64,000 nucleotides of DNA from a virus (IMGVR_UViG_3300005259_000074:32001-96000); one strand, 5' to 3'; shown: positions 10,348 to 19,767, counted from the stretch's first letter. Numbers and translations are program-made. The notes: generated by a model not told the origin, from the letters alone.

Positions 10348-10619
10348 AGGTAGAAGACGGCAGTTTGGTGTTCAGATTCCGCGGGATGATGTACGAGTTC
10401 CCCATCGGAATAAGCGCAGTCTTCCTGATCATGAGCGTGATAGGTGTCGTGATGGTAGTCCAAGAGCCTCTGATCGAAGACAGCGGCCCTGAGATACGGA
10501 TGATGGGTGCAATATTCTTAATAGTGTGCCTATCATACTTGAAGCGCATGCGCAAGTTCGCCAAGGAGCGCGATGTGTCAGACGAAGAAATACTAATACG
10601 AAAGTTGGAGGAGTTGTGA
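10344..10619 (+). CDS. 2-TM membrane protein with tag KLEEL
   Basis: Two hydrophobic segments; ATGA overlap. Confidence 0.7.
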   Translation: MKVEDGSLVFRFRGMMYEFPIGISAVFLIMSVIGVVMVVQEPLIEDSGPEIRMMGAIFLIVCLSYLKRMRKFAKERDVSDEEILIRKLEEL

Positions 10620-10909
10620 TCATCTTGCTCGAAGACTCGGACATGAAATCTTCCAACGCGAGGGCTGCTGCGGAAGACATCGGCGTCAAACACAAAGGTT
10701 ACCACCAGAGGTTCGGCACTAGCGATTACGACATCGGAGGTGTGCACAAAGTTTTCATGGCGAGGTACATCATCCACGTCCCACACCAGGGAGAAGCAAA
10801 AGTCATCAAGTCTCGCGATAGCCAGATAGGGATCAACGGGATCATACCGGAAGACATCGCCGAGAAGTTCAAGAAGATGATAGCGTTAGATGCTATGGAG
10901 AGACTATGA
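10616..10909 (+). CDS. hypothetical protein with tag AMERL
   Basis: GTG start at the GTGA overlap. Confidence 0.65.
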   Translation: MIILLEDSDMKSSNARAAAEDIGVKHKGYHQRFGTSDYDIGGVHKVFMARYIIHVPHQGEAKVIKSRDSQIGINGIIPEDIAEKFKKMIALDAMERL

Positions 10910-11229
10910 ACGCGCTGAATCAGTTCATCGAGGTGATAGCTGAGGCATACGCTTCTTACATCTACACGAGGAAGGCAAAGAAGATACCGCTTAGGCTCAG
11001 CGTGCTGATGGTCCTCATAGCGTTCTTCAACTACGTCTTCAACGAACTCCTCTTAGGTTGGAACTTACACAACGTGCTCTTCTCCGGAAAGCACGATGCA
11101 GGGACTCTACTGGGTCTCGCTGTCTCAGCATGCACAGTGGGGTTCATCTTCCTTGTGTCTTACAGGATACAGGTGAAATTCAACCAGATGAAAGACGATG
11201 ACATAGCGACAGCTATAGAGGACATATGA
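10906..11229 (+). CDS. 2-TM membrane protein with tag AIEDI
   Basis: Hydrophobic segments; ATGA overlaps. Confidence 0.7.
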   Translation: MNALNQFIEVIAEAYASYIYTRKAKKIPLRLSVLMVLIAFFNYVFNELLLGWNLHNVLFSGKHDAGTLLGLAVSACTVGFIFLVSYRIQVKFNQMKDDDIATAIEDI

Positions 11230-11555
11230 GAGAATCCGCAGAGGTCTTAGCAAAAGACGTAGCTGACTACGTGACCACCGACAAGTGGGCCAACGAAAAT
11301 CACGAGATGAGGAGTATGACACTCGTGTGGTACTTATCGCTGTTCTTGTTATTCCCATTCATGTTCGGAAACAGCTGTGGAAGAGTTGTCGAAGATATGT
11401 GCAATTGCGACATGATGCGCGCGCCTTTCTCGTGCGTCTTAGTCGTGTCGACAGGCTTTCTGACGTTCTACTCCTTCGCTTCGCTGAAGATCGCGAAATA
11501 CATCGTCAGAGAGCATGAGTACTCCGAGATAGACAAGAAGTTGGAGGAACTGTGA
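11226..11555 (+). CDS. 2-TM membrane protein with tag KLEEL
   Basis: Hydrophobic segments; overlaps on both sides. Confidence 0.7.
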   Translation: MRESAEVLAKDVADYVTTDKWANENHEMRSMTLVWYLSLFLLFPFMFGNSCGRVVEDMCNCDMMRAPFSCVLVVSTGFLTFYSFASLKIAKYIVREHEYSEIDKKLEEL

Positions 11556-11860
11556 GACTCGAGAAATACGACGTGTTCAAGTGCTCTCACGATTGCGCGA
11601 TAACGCTGGTCGAAGACGACAGATTTTCCGTGTCGTTCACTAGAGGGTTATACGTCGTCCTGATTGCAATACACGGACCACCGCCGCACAACCTTGTTGA
11701 ACTCTACGGAGTGTCTGGCTTAGACCCACTCATAATCCGTAACATCTCCAAGAGAGTCTCCGTTGAGACCCTCAAGAGGAGCATGGACTTCGGGTACATG
11801 TCTTACGACGAGAAAGATTCTCTGGAACTCAAAACCAACCACAAGTTGGAGGATCTGTGA
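11552..11860 (+). CDS. hypothetical protein with tag KLEDL
   Basis: GTGA overlaps on both sides. Confidence 0.7.
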   Translation: MRLEKYDVFKCSHDCAITLVEDDRFSVSFTRGLYVVLIAIHGPPPHNLVELYGVSGLDPLIIRNISKRVSVETLKRSMDFGYMSYDEKDSLELKTNHKLEDL

Positions 11861-12580
11861 AGGAGAACCTCTGTAAATTCTACGGCGTAAAGATCTACGC
11901 TTGCAATTGTTTCGACCCCGGGCACCAGCACCTCCCTCCGGTGTCGGACTGCAAGTACTTTGAGCAAGATGGAGTCTCAGAGAGACGGTGCATGCACTCC
12001 CATGGAACTTGGACGTGCCACTGTGGAGAAGCTCATCTCGACGCCAAAGCGACTTACACTATGGAGAACTTATGAGTGTGAGAGTCCTCGCAGATATGCC
12101 CAGCAGGCTCTGCATCGTCGGAGACGGACCGGTGTTCGTGTGTCAGGCTGACGTGTTCTCTGATGGGCATTGGAACTGCGCCAAGTACTCTAGTAAGAGC
12201 GGTCAGTATACGTGGTGCGAACATGCTGTACACACGGAGGGTGGGCTCTGCGTGTGCAGACACCCGGAATTGCTGGTAGATCTCGCACTAGAAGGACTGT
12301 GAGGATTTCAGTGGACAAAGTCAACTTGTGCAAGCTGATAAGGATTAGGTACTACTGCTTCTCCTCGAGGATCGAGAGCTCTAGGAAGAGAACTTACAGA
12401 CGGAGAGACTGTGTGTACTTTAAGCGGGGAAGAAAACGAGGATCGAAACAGTTGGACTGCACTTACTGCTTAAAACCTGGCGCTTATTGCACCAACCCAC
12501 AGGCGAAATCAGACGCACTCTCGGCCAAGAATGCAGCTGAACTAGAATCGAAACTGGAAGACAAACTAGAACTGATATAG
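11857..12580 (+). repeat. Cys-rich mini-protein array C1 (11857..12075, 12072..12302, 12299..12580)
   Basis: MKENLC../CKYF/C.H..C.C skeleton; tails TMENL, ALEGL, KLELI. Confidence 0.8.
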
Positions 12581-12591
12581 GAGACACAGAG

Positions 12592-13482
12592 ATGTGGAGT
12601 GAAGTGCGAGACATCAAAGGAGAGAACCCCAACGTCACAAAATTCGTCTTCCTGAAGAAGGACGCGGTTGCAGAAGCAGTGCTCTACAAGTACGGAGACT
12701 GCAGAGACAGGACAGTCATCTGCTGTTCCACTCAGTCGGGTTGTCCCGTGGGCTGCGCGTTCTGTGGGACCGGTAAGAAGTTCGTCCGCAACTTGACTGC
12801 GAGGGAGATCACCAGCCAGATCGAGACAGTGCTCCAGTCAAAGCATGTAGATTGCTCGGTCGACGACATCTTCCGCTTCCAGATCATGTTCATGAGCATG
12901 GGAGAGCCCTTCTTGAACATGAAGAACGTGATAACCGCGATCAGAGACATGAACGAGGAGTACGTAGACGTCGAACTCCTGGTCTCCACGATGGGAGCTA
13001 AGTCCGCTACTTTCGAGCAGGACTTGAAGTCTTTCACAGAGCAGTCGCGTCTCATATCGGGAGTGGGCTTGCAATTCTCCATCCACAAGATGATAGACAG
13101 CGACCGGGACCGCCTCATCCCGTTCAAGAACAAGCTCACGCTGAGGGAGATGCGGGACGTCGGCATATTCTGGCACAAACAGACGAAGAGGCCGGTATTC
13201 CTCAATTTCTGCGTCGACGAGGAGTGGTCAGCCTACGAGAGGGCACGTCTGCTAGACATGTTTTCACCCGTGGTGTTCAACTTGACGTTCTCCGTAGTCT
13301 GCAACACGGAGAAAGGCGGCCTCTCTTCTAGGGGCATCGAAACAGCGAAGAAGATGAACGACGAGTTCACCGCTATCGGGTACAACTCGAGGACGTTCGA
13401 CCCAGGTGGACAGGACGATATCGGAGCCGGCTGCGGCCAACTGTGGTTCGTGCAGGATTGGATGAAGAACAGAGGAGAGTGA
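12592..13482 (+). CDS. rlmN: RlmN-like radical SAM RNA methyltransferase
   Basis: CSTQSGCPVGCAFC (CxxxCxxC), FMSMGEP, and C-terminal DIGAGCGQL carrying the catalytic Cys. Confidence 0.8.
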   Translation: MWSEVRDIKGENPNVTKFVFLKKDAVAEAVLYKYGDCRDRTVICCSTQSGCPVGCAFCGTGKKFVRNLTAREITSQIETVLQSKHVDCSVDDIFRFQIMFMSMGEPFLNMKNVITAIRDMNEEYVDVELLVSTMGAKSATFEQDLKSFTEQSRLISGVGLQFSIHKMIDSDRDRLIPFKNKLTLREMRDVGIFWHKQTKRPVFLNFCVDEEWSAYERARLLDMFSPVVFNLTFSVVCNTEKGGLSSRGIETAKKMNDEFTAIGYNSRTFDPGGQDDIGAGCGQLWFVQDWMKNRGE

Positions 13483-13483
13483 G

Positions 13484-13702
13484 ATGAGCACTACGAGTTT
13501 GAGGCACTGCATGAGGTGTGGAAAAACTACGATCCACGTGACTACTCCGAAGAGAAGCATCGGAGAGAAGCTCTTCCTCGGCGTAGTCACGCTGGGTATG
13601 ATCCCTTTCATAGAATCAATTTCACCCGACAAGCACAACAACAAACTCATGGGGAGTGAAGTACGCTGCGACGTGTGCGGAAAATTGAAAGAAGAAACCT
13701 GA
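13484..13702 (+). CDS. small Zn-ribbon protein with a hydrophobic segment
   Basis: CMRC...hydrophobic stretch...CDVC. Confidence 0.6.
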   Translation: MSTTSLRHCMRCGKTTIHVTTPKRSIGEKLFLGVVTLGMIPFIESISPDKHNNKLMGSEVRCDVCGKLKEET

Positions 13703-13712
13703 TAGAGGACCT

Positions 13713-14725
13713 ATGAGTACTCTAGAAGCAAAGAATTACTGCGCCTACTCGGACGTCTTTGGAATGCCCGTCAAGAGGTTCAAGTGCGAGAAACCAAAGG
13801 AGTCTACCAAGTGCAAGTACTACGAAAGTGACGAGACACCAACGACTCAGATGAACGAGTGCATGCACGAGTCTTTCGGGGTCTGTGCAAGGAGTGCAGC
13901 TAGGAAGGAGGCGTTAGCCGAAGTTGAACTGATGGAGAGACTGGAGAACATATGAACAAGTACCTATCCAGAGCTATAGACAGCATCGAGCGGTTCGAAC
14001 TCTTCATGGTGATCGGAGGCGTACTGACGATCTTCATCAAATCAGCCGTCGATGCAGCCTTTGATCTCGTGCACGAACACACGGGGTTTGACATCATTCT
14101 GATGGTGTTGGGAGCCACAGGGGTCATCTGGAATATCATTCTGATCTACACGGTGTTCTCAAGAGCTCGCAAGTACAAGCGAGATAAGGAAGAGCGCTTG
14201 ATTCTGGAGAAGTTAGAAGATGTGTAAGGTCAACAGGTGCTGGATAAGGAATTTCGACGGTCTCTTCGACGACGTCTACACCTGCACTTGCTCACAAATT
14301 ATCATCAGCAGATCTCCTAACATATTCGACTACGACACGTGTCAACACTTCGTGCAAGTTCCGGACTACGCAGACGAGATGTGCAAGTACGAGGTATCGA
14401 GGCCAATCGTCGGCATACTCTGCGGATGTCCAGAAGCGCAGGACGACGCCGAAGCAAACAAGAAGTTGGAGGAACTGTGAAGAGGAACTTGTGCGGAAAG
14501 TACGGTGATGTGTTCATCTGCGAAGCCGAAGATAGGACGTACGTTCCTGTACGTCCTTCATCACTATTTGAAGACAACCATTCTACGTCTCAAGAAGATT
14601 GCATGTACTACAAGAAGGGTACTCCACTCTACAACGAATGTTACAACTTAGTGAACGGAATAAAGTGCAATTCTAAGAGAGCTAGAAAAGACGCCAGCAT
14701 AGTAGCTATGATAGAAGCTCTATGA
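13713..14725 (+). repeat. Cys-rich mini-protein array C2 (13713..13955, 14220..14480, 14477..14725) interrupted by tagged membrane ORF 13952..14227
   Basis: Cys skeleton; tails RLENI, KLEEL, MIEAL. Confidence 0.8.
13952..14227 (+). CDS. 2-TM membrane protein with tag KLEDV
   Basis: Two hydrophobic helices followed by a basic-acidic tail. Confidence 0.7.
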   Translation: MNKYLSRAIDSIERFELFMVIGGVLTIFIKSAVDAAFDLVHEHTGFDIILMVLGATGVIWNIILIYTVFSRARKYKRDKEERLILEKLEDV

Positions 14726-14763
14726 AGATGAACTTACACAACGAACAACTGGAGGAACTTTAG
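14722..14763 (+). CDS. 13-aa mini-ORF MKMNLHNEQLEEL (array head plus tag only)
   Basis: ATG AAG ATG AAC TTA CAC AAC GAA CAA CTG GAG GAA CTT TAG; ATGA overlap upstream, and the next ATG follows immediately. Confidence 0.55.
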   Translation: MKMNLHNEQLEEL

Positions 14764-15309
14764 ATGGACCGGCCGTACCCCGAAGAAGGCTCATGCGGTT
14801 CTTTGAGAGACTGGTACGTCGCTAGGAGGAACATCATCTTGAACCGCCGGTGTGATGATCCCACTAATTCTTCTAACATACACCCTCTTGTGAAAGAACT
14901 GTGCGTCACGTTGAACTCCATCCCGGGCATTGTGACTGGCTGCATTAGCGGAAAAGAACTCGACCCATTCAGAGTGTGGTTCTACGCGTACAACCAGGCC
15001 CAACTGTTCGTCGTCGCTAGAGCTATCGACAGGCGCTACTGCGGAGCTGCTGCTTGGCGCATGTACGTTGATGCAGGGGACATGCAGGAGTTCGCTACAT
15101 CCTACTACATAGAGGGATTCTCAAAAGACAGAGGCATCTCGTATTCCGACAACGAGCGAGATGAAGTCAGGATTCCACACGTAGTGAAGAACATTAAGAA
15201 ACTCCTTGACGATCAACAATGCGCGATGTACTACGGTTACGACACCGATCAGACACAGATACCGACAGTGGAAGAGCTCGCATCGTATGAAAAACTCGAA
15301 GATTTGTGA
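14764..15309 (+). CDS. phage hypothetical protein with tag KLEDL
   Basis: LNSIPGIVT...PFRVWF...ARAIDRRY. Confidence 0.7.
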   Translation: MDRPYPEEGSCGSLRDWYVARRNIILNRRCDDPTNSSNIHPLVKELCVTLNSIPGIVTGCISGKELDPFRVWFYAYNQAQLFVVARAIDRRYCGAAAWRMYVDAGDMQEFATSYYIEGFSKDRGISYSDNERDEVRIPHVVKNIKKLLDDQQCAMYYGYDTDQTQIPTVEELASYEKLEDL

Positions 15310-15413
15310 GGATTTCTCTTTACATTCTCTGAAAGTGGTGTAAATTATAAGTAAAGGAAATGACTTCACTATTATGACACAGGAATGTATATATAATATT
15401 AAGGAATCACCAT

Positions 15414-17039
15414 ATGACACCTGAAGAGCTTAAAGAATTTCTCAAAGATCCGAATATGAAAAAGAACTTCGGAGCGATCGCTGCTTCAACTAAAGTTGGG
15501 ACGAAGTACTTTGATGTAAGAACGACTCTCTACGAGGAGACTTCATCATTTCCAGATGCTTCGATAAGTGAACGCATCTTCTGTGTTTTGAACGGAATTA
15601 AACGTCCCAAGATATGTAAGTGCGGTTGTGGGAAACTAGTCAACGACCAACGGCATGACTATCTCGCATCTCACGGAAATAGAGATCCTGAGGTCAAAGC
15701 TAAAAAGGAAGAGTCTTACAAAAAGAAGACAGGCTATACTAATCCATCTCAGAATCCGGATGTCAAGAAACAGAAAGCTGACACTTCGATCAAAAATTGG
15801 GGAGCAGTTAGCTACATGCGGACCGATGAAGGTAAAAAGATGCATGATGATAGCATGCTAAAATTGCACGGAGTTGTGAACCCCTTTCAGATACCTGAAG
15901 TCAAAGCTGATATTCAGATAAAGTGGAAAGTTAAAAAATCCGAGACTATCAAGAAGATAAAAGAAACTGGTAAAAAAACATTCTTCGAGAAAATGTTGAC
16001 ATCAAATAGAATGGGTTCTATCAGACCACTATTTACTATCGATGAATATGCTGGGTGTGACAAGTATTATCGATTCATGTGTACCACCTGCAACAAAGAA
16101 TTCACCGACAGAGTCATCAATGGACGCATTCCTCGTTGCACTACGTGTTATCCTCTCATAGATTCCGGTGGTCGTTCTTTAGCTCAACAAGAAGTGACAG
16201 ACTACATTAAATTTTTAACAGACCAAGAAGTGAAAGAGGAAGATAGAAAAGTACTAGAGGGAAAAGAACTTGACATATACATTCCTTCGTTGAACATAGC
16301 ATTTGAATACTGCGGTCTCTATTGGCACAGTGAGATATCTGGCACGGAACGCAACAAGGACGCTGATAAAGGTAGGCACTATCATGTTGGAAAATTTAAG
16401 AAGTGTTCTGATAAAGGCATTAAGCTCATCACAATTTTTGAAGATGAATGGGTGTATAGACAAACACAAGTAAAAGGTAGAATAAGAGCACTGTTAGGAG
16501 CATGTGAGAAAATTGGAGCACGTGAGTGTTCTGTTGAGAAATTGAATTTTGAAGAATACTCCCAATTTGTTGATAACTATCACATACAAGGAAGCACAAA
16601 TGCTTTTTTGACAGCATACGGTCTCAAGTATGGTGGAGAAGTCCTTTCAGTCATAGGTATTTCTAACAAGCGCGGTATCTTTAAGGGAGGAAAGAAAGAT
16701 TGTCTAGAACTCATCAGAATGTGTTCTAGAGATGGAATAGAAGTTGTTGGTGGGATGTCACGGTTGATATCTGCTGTTGCAAAAGATTACCCAGAAAGAT
16801 TGCTAGTTTCATATGCAGACAGACGATGGAGTGATGGAAATGGATATGTTAAGACTGGATTCATAGCAGTCAATACATCTACTGCTAATTATTGGTATGT
16901 CAAAGATGGAGAACGTCACCACCGTCTGATAGCGAGAGATAAACGAATCACAGGTCTTACTGAATGGGAATCGATGCAGATTCTTAAGTATGACAGAATA
17001 TGGGATTGTGGCACAATCAGATTTGAAAAGATTCTCTAA
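15414..17039 (+). CDS. Hef-like homing endonuclease (putative mobile gene)
   Basis: NUMOD-like K-rich repeats, a CxxC..CxxC ribbon, ELDIYIP..AFEYCGLYWHS nuclease motif and C-terminal SYADRRWS..IWDCG; visibly AT-rich. Confidence 0.75.
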   Translation: MTPEELKEFLKDPNMKKNFGAIAASTKVGTKYFDVRTTLYEETSSFPDASISERIFCVLNGIKRPKICKCGCGKLVNDQRHDYLASHGNRDPEVKAKKEESYKKKTGYTNPSQNPDVKKQKADTSIKNWGAVSYMRTDEGKKMHDDSMLKLHGVVNPFQIPEVKADIQIKWKVKKSETIKKIKETGKKTFFEKMLTSNRMGSIRPLFTIDEYAGCDKYYRFMCTTCNKEFTDRVINGRIPRCTTCYPLIDSGGRSLAQQEVTDYIKFLTDQEVKEEDRKVLEGKELDIYIPSLNIAFEYCGLYWHSEISGTERNKDADKGRHYHVGKFKKCSDKGIKLITIFEDEWVYRQTQVKGRIRALLGACEKIGARECSVEKLNFEEYSQFVDNYHIQGSTNAFLTAYGLKYGGEVLSVIGISNKRGIFKGGKKDCLELIRMCSRDGIEVVGGMSRLISAVAKDYPERLLVSYADRRWSDGNGYVKTGFIAVNTSTANYWYVKDGERHHRLIARDKRITGLTEWESMQILKYDRIWDCGTIRFEKIL

Positions 17040-17058
17040 TCATCTTTCAAAATGAAGA

Positions 17059-17100
17059 CAAAAAAATAGGGGAGAGTTTTTACACTCTCCCCTATTTGTT
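17059..17100. terminator. bidirectional rho-independent terminator
   Basis: AAATAGGGGAGAG-loop-CTCTCCCCTATTT with A and T tracts, between convergent genes. Confidence 0.85.
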
Positions 17101-17143
17101 CTTGTAGAACTACTTGCAGTTGTCCACTGCTAAGCTTTTCAGC

Positions 17144-18532
17144 TTAGTACATGAACACTCTGCTGCCACTTGCCTCAAGAACCGAGGAGGTGAGTCCGTC
17201 GACCTTGATGAAATGGTAATAGTTTCCTGCGCCGAACAGATTGCTCAAAATCCCGTAGCGGGTCCTGACACCGATCCTAGGAGTGAAGTTCTCCTGGCCG
17301 AGAGCCCTGAGCAACTGAACCGGGATGTACGGAGTATATATGATACCCGCATCATACGGAGTTGGTCCCTTGTACCCGAGGAGCGCGTAGTTGCCCATGG
17401 CGAACGTATCCCTGTAGAGGGTGATTCCGCCGTTGCGCATCGTGCCGACCTTGGAGATTCCGACCGTATTCGTGTCGAGGGCTGCGTTTCCAGCCTTGTC
17501 GAGGACGAAGTCCTGGAGTCTCTCGAGGATTGCGCAGACGTTCGGGGAGCCGAAGGCGAAGGTCGCCGGGCCTCTCCTGGACGTGATTGCGATCTCGTTG
17601 GACTTCTGGAGGATCTGGGTGTAGAGAGTGCCGATACGCTCGAGCTGGTTCCTGCCGTCAGCAGAGACCGGGCTCCAGGTCGACACGCGTCCACCTGCGA
17701 TAGCAGCCTTCACCATTTCTGCGAGGAGCTGACGGTCGATTTCCGCCTGGATCTCGTAGGAGATGATGTTGACCATCTCAGCATCGACGTCTACGCCGTG
17801 CATGTTCATCATGTCTTCAGCGAGTTCCAGCGACCAGTGGGCTGCGAGCTTGCGGCTCTTAGCTTCGACTATCGCCTTCTCCATGCTGAACTTGGCCATC
17901 GGCATGTCCTCGCCAATATTCCACCACTCGGAACCAGCCAGAGTAGCGCCCTGACCGTCTTCACCGTAGGTGTTCTGGCCGAGAGCACCAGCAGAACCGG
18001 TGCCAGCGAAGGCTTCCCAGTATGCGCCGGTAGTCGCGTTGCCGGAAGCGCCGGTGAACGCGGAGTCTACGAGGTTGTACCCGATCTCAGTTCCCTGAGT
18101 GACGGTACCCTTGCCGTTGGAGCCGTAGCGCGCGCGGAATGCGAACGCGAATCCAACCGGGCCGTACATCGGCTGAACACCGACGGTGTTGTGGGCGATG
18201 AGCTCGGGGAATATACGCCTCGCGGTCGGGATTACGATCGTGGGCATGCGGGCGTCGTTGGCGCCGTAGTCGAAAGTGCTGCCGAGCTGACCTGCGCCAT
18301 TCGGGAGGCCAGTCGTGTATGCACCGGCCTGCGCACCCATTCCGGCGGCCTGTCCAGCGTAAGACTCGTTGACCTTGTCGAACTCGCGCTGAGTGTTCTC
18401 GAGGACTAGTGCCGTCGAGAGCCTGACTTGCTCCGAGCTGATCTTGGAGAGACCCTCGGCCTCGAGGACCGGAGTCCACTTCTCTAGGACCTTCTCCTGG
18501 TAGTTAGCCGGGAGGTGCTGGTAGAGACTCAT
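17144..18532 (-). CDS. gp23: major capsid protein, T4 gp23-like
   Basis: EKWTPVLE, RRIFPELIAHNTVGVQPMYGPVGFAFAFR, AKSRKLAAHWSLELAEDM, EIQAEIDR, IIYTPYIP, FTPRIGVRTRYG. Confidence 0.97.
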   Translation of the reverse strand: MSLYQHLPANYQEKVLEKWTPVLEAEGLSKISSEQVRLSTALVLENTQREFDKVNESYAGQAAGMGAQAGAYTTGLPNGAGQLGSTFDYGANDARMPTIVIPTARRIFPELIAHNTVGVQPMYGPVGFAFAFRARYGSNGKGTVTQGTEIGYNLVDSAFTGASGNATTGAYWEAFAGTGSAGALGQNTYGEDGQGATLAGSEWWNIGEDMPMAKFSMEKAIVEAKSRKLAAHWSLELAEDMMNMHGVDVDAEMVNIISYEIQAEIDRQLLAEMVKAAIAGGRVSTWSPVSADGRNQLERIGTLYTQILQKSNEIAITSRRGPATFAFGSPNVCAILERLQDFVLDKAGNAALDTNTVGISKVGTMRNGGITLYRDTFAMGNYALLGYKGPTPYDAGIIYTPYIPVQLLRALGQENFTPRIGVRTRYGILSNLFGAGNYYHFIKVDGLTSSVLEASGSRVFMY

Positions 18533-18551
18533 TTCTTATTCTCCTGTGAGA

Positions 18552-19556
18552 TTACTTGCGGTTCTTACCGAACCGATTGATACGGGAGACGTAGGCGTCC
18601 ATCGTCGTGGGCTCCTTCGTTTCCTCTTCTATTACGCCCTCAGTGATTTTCTGAGCGGCAGGGGTGATCGACGGCTTAGCTGCGTCTACGAGCTTGTCTC
18701 GTGTGGCGGTCTCATCGTCGGCGAAGGCCTTGACGGCCTCATCGAACTTCTCCTCAATCTCGCTCGCCTTGCTGTCCTTGAAACGGACCTCGAGGAAAGC
18801 GTGAAGCTTAGGAGATACGTCCTTAGTCTTCTTCTCAAGCGTTATGCGCGCTTCGTTCTTCTCTATCTTGTTGACGAGCTCGACCCTCTCGAGCATGAGC
18901 TTGTCTATTGTCTGATCTTTCGCGTCGAGCTGCGCTTTCGCATCTACGATGGCTTCCTTGATCTCGCCCTGGACGTAGTCGCTGTTGATGAAGCACATGT
19001 TCTTGACCTGCTCGAACATGCTCTCGAGGCGCTGCAGCTTGGCTGCGTCTACTATCTTCTCCTCAGGAGTCGCTTCCTCAAGGTAAGCGTCGAGGAACTT
19101 CGAGACGTTCTCTTCGACCTTGGCGATCGTCTCAGCGTCGTACTTCTGGTAGACTGCCTTGAGCTTCTCGGAGTGGTTCTCGTCGATCTTATCGACTGCG
19201 TCCTGAAGCATCTCAGTGTGGTCTTCGTCGATCTTCGAGATGACTTTCTCCAACAAGTCGGTGTGCTTGTCGTCGATGGCTTCGAGCGCCGCTTCAAACT
19301 TCTCGGCGTGGTCTTCGTCGATCATGTCGATGATCTCTTGCATCTTAGCTGCGTGGTCTTCGTCCATCGCGTCGAGGGCTTCTTGGAGTTTCGCAGTGTG
19401 ATCTTCGTCAACGGCTGCGACAGCCTTCTCAAAGGACTGCTTGGTGATATCTTCGATCTTGCTCTCGAAAGCCTTGACGAGTTCCGCTTTCTTAGCGGAG
19501 TCCATCAGACCCTTCGACTCGAGCTCAGTCAGCAAACTCTCGAAAAGTACTTTCAT
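18552..19556 (-). CDS. gp22: prohead core scaffold protein, gp22-like
   Basis: Acidic coiled-coil immediately upstream of the MCP; ends MDAYVSRI. Confidence 0.85.
   Translation of the reverse strand: MKVLFESLLTELESKGLMDSAKKAELVKAFESKIEDITKQSFEKAVAAVDEDHTAKLQEALDAMDEDHAAKMQEIIDMIDEDHAEKFEAALEAIDDKHTDLLEKVISKIDEDHTEMLQDAVDKIDENHSEKLKAVYQKYDAETIAKVEENVSKFLDAYLEEATPEEKIVDAAKLQRLESMFEQVKNMCFINSDYVQGEIKEAIVDAKAQLDAKDQTIDKLMLERVELVNKIEKNEARITLEKKTKDVSPKLHAFLEVRFKDSKASEIEEKFDEAVKAFADDETATRDKLVDAAKPSITPAAQKITEGVIEEETKEPTTMDAYVSRINRFGKNRK
19143..19412 (-). repeat. six 15-aa tandem repeats (xDEDH..) in the scaffold
   Basis: VDEDHTAKLQEALDA / MDEDHAAKMQEIIDM / IDEDHAEKFEAALEA / IDDKHTDLLEKVISK / IDEDHTEMLQDAVDK / IDENHSEKLKAVYQK. 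Confidence 0.85.
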
Positions 19557-19583
19557 CTTAACAGATCTCCTGTTGTTTGATCC

Positions 19584-19591
19584 TATTTACA
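19584..19591 (-). promoter_or_regulatory. T4-type late promoter-like TGTAAATA
   Basis: Directly upstream of gp22-gp23; resembles the T4 late consensus TATAAATA. Confidence 0.65.
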
Positions 19592-19599
19592 CTCGAACT

Positions 19600-19746
19600 T
19601 TAACGAACTGTGAGTTTCTCGGCTATTTGTGCTTTTCTTGCGATAGCTTTCTCAGCCAGCGCTTTCTTCAACTCTTCGAGAGCCAACTGAGCGTTACCGC
19701 TCTTAAGGTTCTTGACGAACGATTTCACGTGTGTGTTTTCAGACAT
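19600..19746 (-). CDS. small prohead core protein, gp67-like (absent from the ORF track)
   Basis: MSENTHVKSFVKNLKSGNAQLALEELKKALAEKAIARKAQIAEKLTVR, 48 aa; AAGGA RBS; position next to gp22. Confidence 0.6.
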   Translation of the reverse strand: MSENTHVKSFVKNLKSGNAQLALEELKKALAEKAIARKAQIAEKLTVR

Positions 19747-19767
19747 GATGCGTTGTCCTTTCAGACG

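Noticed and set aside
17114-19580. Long plus-strand ORFs 17114..18409 and 18546..19580
   Set aside because: They are antisense shadows of gp23 and gp22, produced by strong codon bias; there is no RBS or recognisable motif. The same applies to most short opposite-strand ORFs in the track.
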